Below the pieces are notes generated by a model. It saw only the letters and a list, made by a program, of their open reading frames with translations, had not been told where the DNA came from and did not search any database. A stretch of 64,000 nucleotides of DNA, taken from positions 20,590 through 84,589 of the forward strand of contig JAVBNY010000003.1 of assembly GCA_031551205.1 (NCBI GenBank), in the 5' to 3' direction. This DNA comes from Oscillospiraceae bacterium. Its GTDB lineage: Bacteria; Bacillota; Clostridia; Oscillospirales; JAVBNY01. Each line of letters opens with the position of its first letter. Within the stretch, counting starts at the first letter, position 1. Below are positions 61,914-64,000 of the stretch, one piece after another. Made by a program: the position numbers and the translations under genes.

Positions 61914-63674
61914 ATGAAACGCAAGGCTTTGGCAATACTTTTGGCTCTCACGGCGACCTTCTCCCTGATGTCCATAACGGCGATAGCGGCTTCGATTCCG
62001 GCAAAAACAGTTGCGCCCGTTATCGAGATTTTGGAAGAGCGCATATCAACTGACGGCGTTCCGTTTTTATATTGCGAGTTTTCCGTTCCCCAGAGCGTTA
62101 TGGATATTGTAACCGCGGAGGGCGATGTTTCTGTGGGCTTTGACTATGCCGTGAAAATGGATAACGGCCAGTGGGTCGGCGGCGAAGGCCTCGCCTATTA
62201 TCTGACGCCCGGTGAGAACATCGAAGGAAAGGCAAATCGGTATTTTTTTAATATTGATCAGCAGAATGACAACATATCCGGCGCAATTGATATTAAGGCG
62301 CACAGTTACAGCGTGAAGCTTCTGTTCCTGTACAATAACCAGGGCGCTATTTCCTATTCTGACTTTGGGACAGAGAAAAGTGTAGGCGCTTCGGGCGCCC
62401 AGTCTCCGGCCCCGGCAGCGGCCGGCAAAACCGTTACGCTTGACGCGACTATCCGCGACTTTCATGCCGACGGTATCCTGTTTGAGGGGAACATTGCCTC
62501 GCCGCAGGGCCTTGTGCAGGCAAAGCTCGGCGCGGGCAAAAAACCGGTGTTCAACCTTCCGCTTTGGAGCGAAAACTGGCCGGGCGCAACGCAGGCGAAG
62601 CTTGATTCTCTGTTCAGCGATGTGGCCGGGGTTAATATGAAAACCACAAAAACGCTGACCTTTACTGCCGACAGCGAAAATTTTTACGTTTTGGATTCGT
62701 CGAAGACCGGCGGGTTTTTCCCCATCGACAAAGAACTCTTCGGCAACGAGGATCGGGATCACAACTTCTGGTTTTCAATGGAATGCCACGCGAAATTCAA
62801 TTACCAGGGCTTTGAGGAGTTTGAATTTGTCGGCGACGACGACGTGTGGGTCTTCATCGACGGCGTGCTCGTCATCGACATCGGGGGCGTACACGGCGCC
62901 TCCGGCAAGAACATCTCGCTTCCCGAGCTTGTGAGCGCCGGAACGCTTGATATCAAAAAGGGCGAAACCGTGGATTTCGACTTTTTTTACATGGAGCGGC
63001 ACACCTCAGAATCAAATTTCTACGCCCGCACGAACATTGATTTCACTTACACACCCATTGCCTCGGGCTGGGCCACGGCCGAGCTGCAAAAAGCCGACGA
63101 GCTGGGACTCATACCCGATTCGCTCAAAACCGCCGACCTGACCAAGAACATCACGAGGGCCGAGTTTGCGGCAGTGGCCGTCAAGGTTTACGAAAAACTG
63201 GCAAACACCAAAGCGCTGCCCGCCACGGTTAATCCCTTTAAGGACACCTCGGACGCTGAAGTACTGAAGGCATACAACACAGGACTGATGGTGGGTATCG
63301 CCGCCGACAAATTCGACCCTAACGCGCTCCTGAACCGCGAGCAGGCGGCCACGGCGCTGACGCGCGTGTTCAAGCGGGCCACGATCCCGGCATGGACCTT
63401 CGCGACCGACGCGAGCTACACGCTTAAATTCACCCAGCCGGCAAGCTTTGCCGACGACGCGCAGATATCCGCCTGGGCCAAGCCATCGGTCTACTTCATG
63501 GTGGCAAACGAGATCATCAAGGGCGTGGGCGGGAATAAATTCGCGCCGCGCGCCGTGACAAGCGCCGAGCAGGCGCAAGATTACGCGTCGGCCACGCGTG
63601 AGCAGGCCCTTGTCATCGCCGTTCGCATGGTTGAGAGCCTCGGCGGCAAGGCGGCCGAGTTTACGGCGGTATAG
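61914..63674 (+). CDS. Secreted fibro-slime (PA14-like) domain protein with three C-terminal SLH repeats
   Basis: RBS GGAGG. Signal peptide MKRKALAILLALTATFSLMSITAIA. Fibro-slime core TIRDFHADGILFEG...GGFFPIDKELFGNEDRDHNFWFSMECHAKFNYQGFEEFEFVGDDDVWVFIDGVLVIDIGGVHG. SLH repeats WATAELQKADELGLIP...ITRAEFAAVAVKVY, FKDTSDAEVLKAYNTGLMVG...LNREQAATALTRVF and FADDAQISAWAKPSVYFMVANEIIKG. Confidence 0.85.
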   Translation: MKRKALAILLALTATFSLMSITAIAASIPAKTVAPVIEILEERISTDGVPFLYCEFSVPQSVMDIVTAEGDVSVGFDYAVKMDNGQWVGGEGLAYYLTPGENIEGKANRYFFNIDQQNDNISGAIDIKAHSYSVKLLFLYNNQGAISYSDFGTEKSVGASGAQSPAPAAAGKTVTLDATIRDFHADGILFEGNIASPQGLVQAKLGAGKKPVFNLPLWSENWPGATQAKLDSLFSDVAGVNMKTTKTLTFTADSENFYVLDSSKTGGFFPIDKELFGNEDRDHNFWFSMECHAKFNYQGFEEFEFVGDDDVWVFIDGVLVIDIGGVHGASGKNISLPELVSAGTLDIKKGETVDFDFFYMERHTSESNFYARTNIDFTYTPIASGWATAELQKADELGLIPDSLKTADLTKNITRAEFAAVAVKVYEKLANTKALPATVNPFKDTSDAEVLKAYNTGLMVGIAADKFDPNALLNREQAATALTRVFKRATIPAWTFATDASYTLKFTQPASFADDAQISAWAKPSVYFMVANEIIKGVGGNKFAPRAVTSAEQAQDYASATREQALVIAVRMVESLGGKAAEFTAV

Positions 63675-63698
63675 CTGTCCTCCAAAATCGTACAGGCA

Positions 63699-63735
63699 AA
63701 AAGCGGGCGGTATCCTTTCGGATATCGCCCGCTTT
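63699..63735. terminator. Bidirectional terminator between convergent genes
   Basis: AAAGCGGGCGGTATCC-tttc-GGATATCGCCCGCTTT, flanked by A-rich and T-rich sequence. Confidence 0.8.
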
Positions 63736-63760
63736 GAAATCCCACGCCATGCTCCCGGCT

Positions 63761-64000
63761 TTACTGAATAATCATCGTCCCGACGCCCTCATCGGAGAAC
63801 AGCTCCATAAGTATCGAATGCTCAACACGTCCGTCGAGGATTGTCGCGCGCTTTACGCCCCTGCGCAGCGCCTCGACGCAGCAGTCAATCTTCGGGATCA
63901 TGCCGCCCGTGATGACGCCGTCTTTAATCAGGCCCGGAACATCGGAGAGCCGAACCAGCGGTATCAGCGTTTTTTCGTCCTTCGCGTCCCCAAGCAGGCC
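63761..64000 (-). CDS. argB: Acetylglutamate kinase, C-terminal 79 aa (N-terminus beyond the right window edge)
   Basis: Reverse translation gives ...LIKDGVITGGMIPKIDCCVEALRRGVKRATILDGRVEHSILMELFSDEGVGTMIIQ*. GGMIPK and the surrounding residues are the conserved ArgB C-terminus. Confidence 0.8.
   Translation of the reverse strand, partial: GLLGDAKDEKTLIPLVRLSDVPGLIKDGVITGGMIPKIDCCVEALRRGVKRATILDGRVEHSILMELFSDEGVGTMIIQ

Overview
High-GC (~58-60%) Firmicutes/Clostridia-like chromosomal window, judged from SLH domains, Gram-positive RBS and promoter signals, and Gx-transporter and NusG-II genes. It is dominated by very large secreted cell-surface proteins. The main observation is that six signal-peptide proteins with unrelated N-terminal functions all end in the same ~165-197 aa bipartite C-terminal module. 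These are a GH10 xylanase, a GH13 amylase, a triple-hydrolase esterase, a ~14x BACON-repeat giant and two BspA-type LRR proteins. The module terminates in G[IVL][KV][YF]..L[FY]PSY.[FL][ST][FY]. It has no LPXTG, SLH or dockerin signature, so I read it as a candidate undescribed anchoring or assembly tag. A 1276-aa protein made of ~14 tandem ~90-aa repeats sits inside the cluster and is a speculative partner. Other content: a histidine kinase and OmpR regulator followed by a D-to-E pseudo-receiver whose stop overlaps the start of a 2155-aa SLH-anchored giant; a fibro-slime/SLH protein; a truncated siphophage tail-to-lysis remnant near a three-tRNA operon, carrying an embedded holin-like-toxin/antisense-RNA (type I TA-like) cassette; an internally deleted IS3 remnant abutting a decayed LRR/cohesin-like gene; a five-copy MITE/REP-like intergenic repeat family; and housekeeping genes (miaA, argB fragment, GGDEF cyclase, a truncated YesM-type kinase at the left edge). 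No CRISPR array, rRNA or intact mobile element is visible. All family assignments come from motif recognition by eye, and novelty claims are untested against databases.
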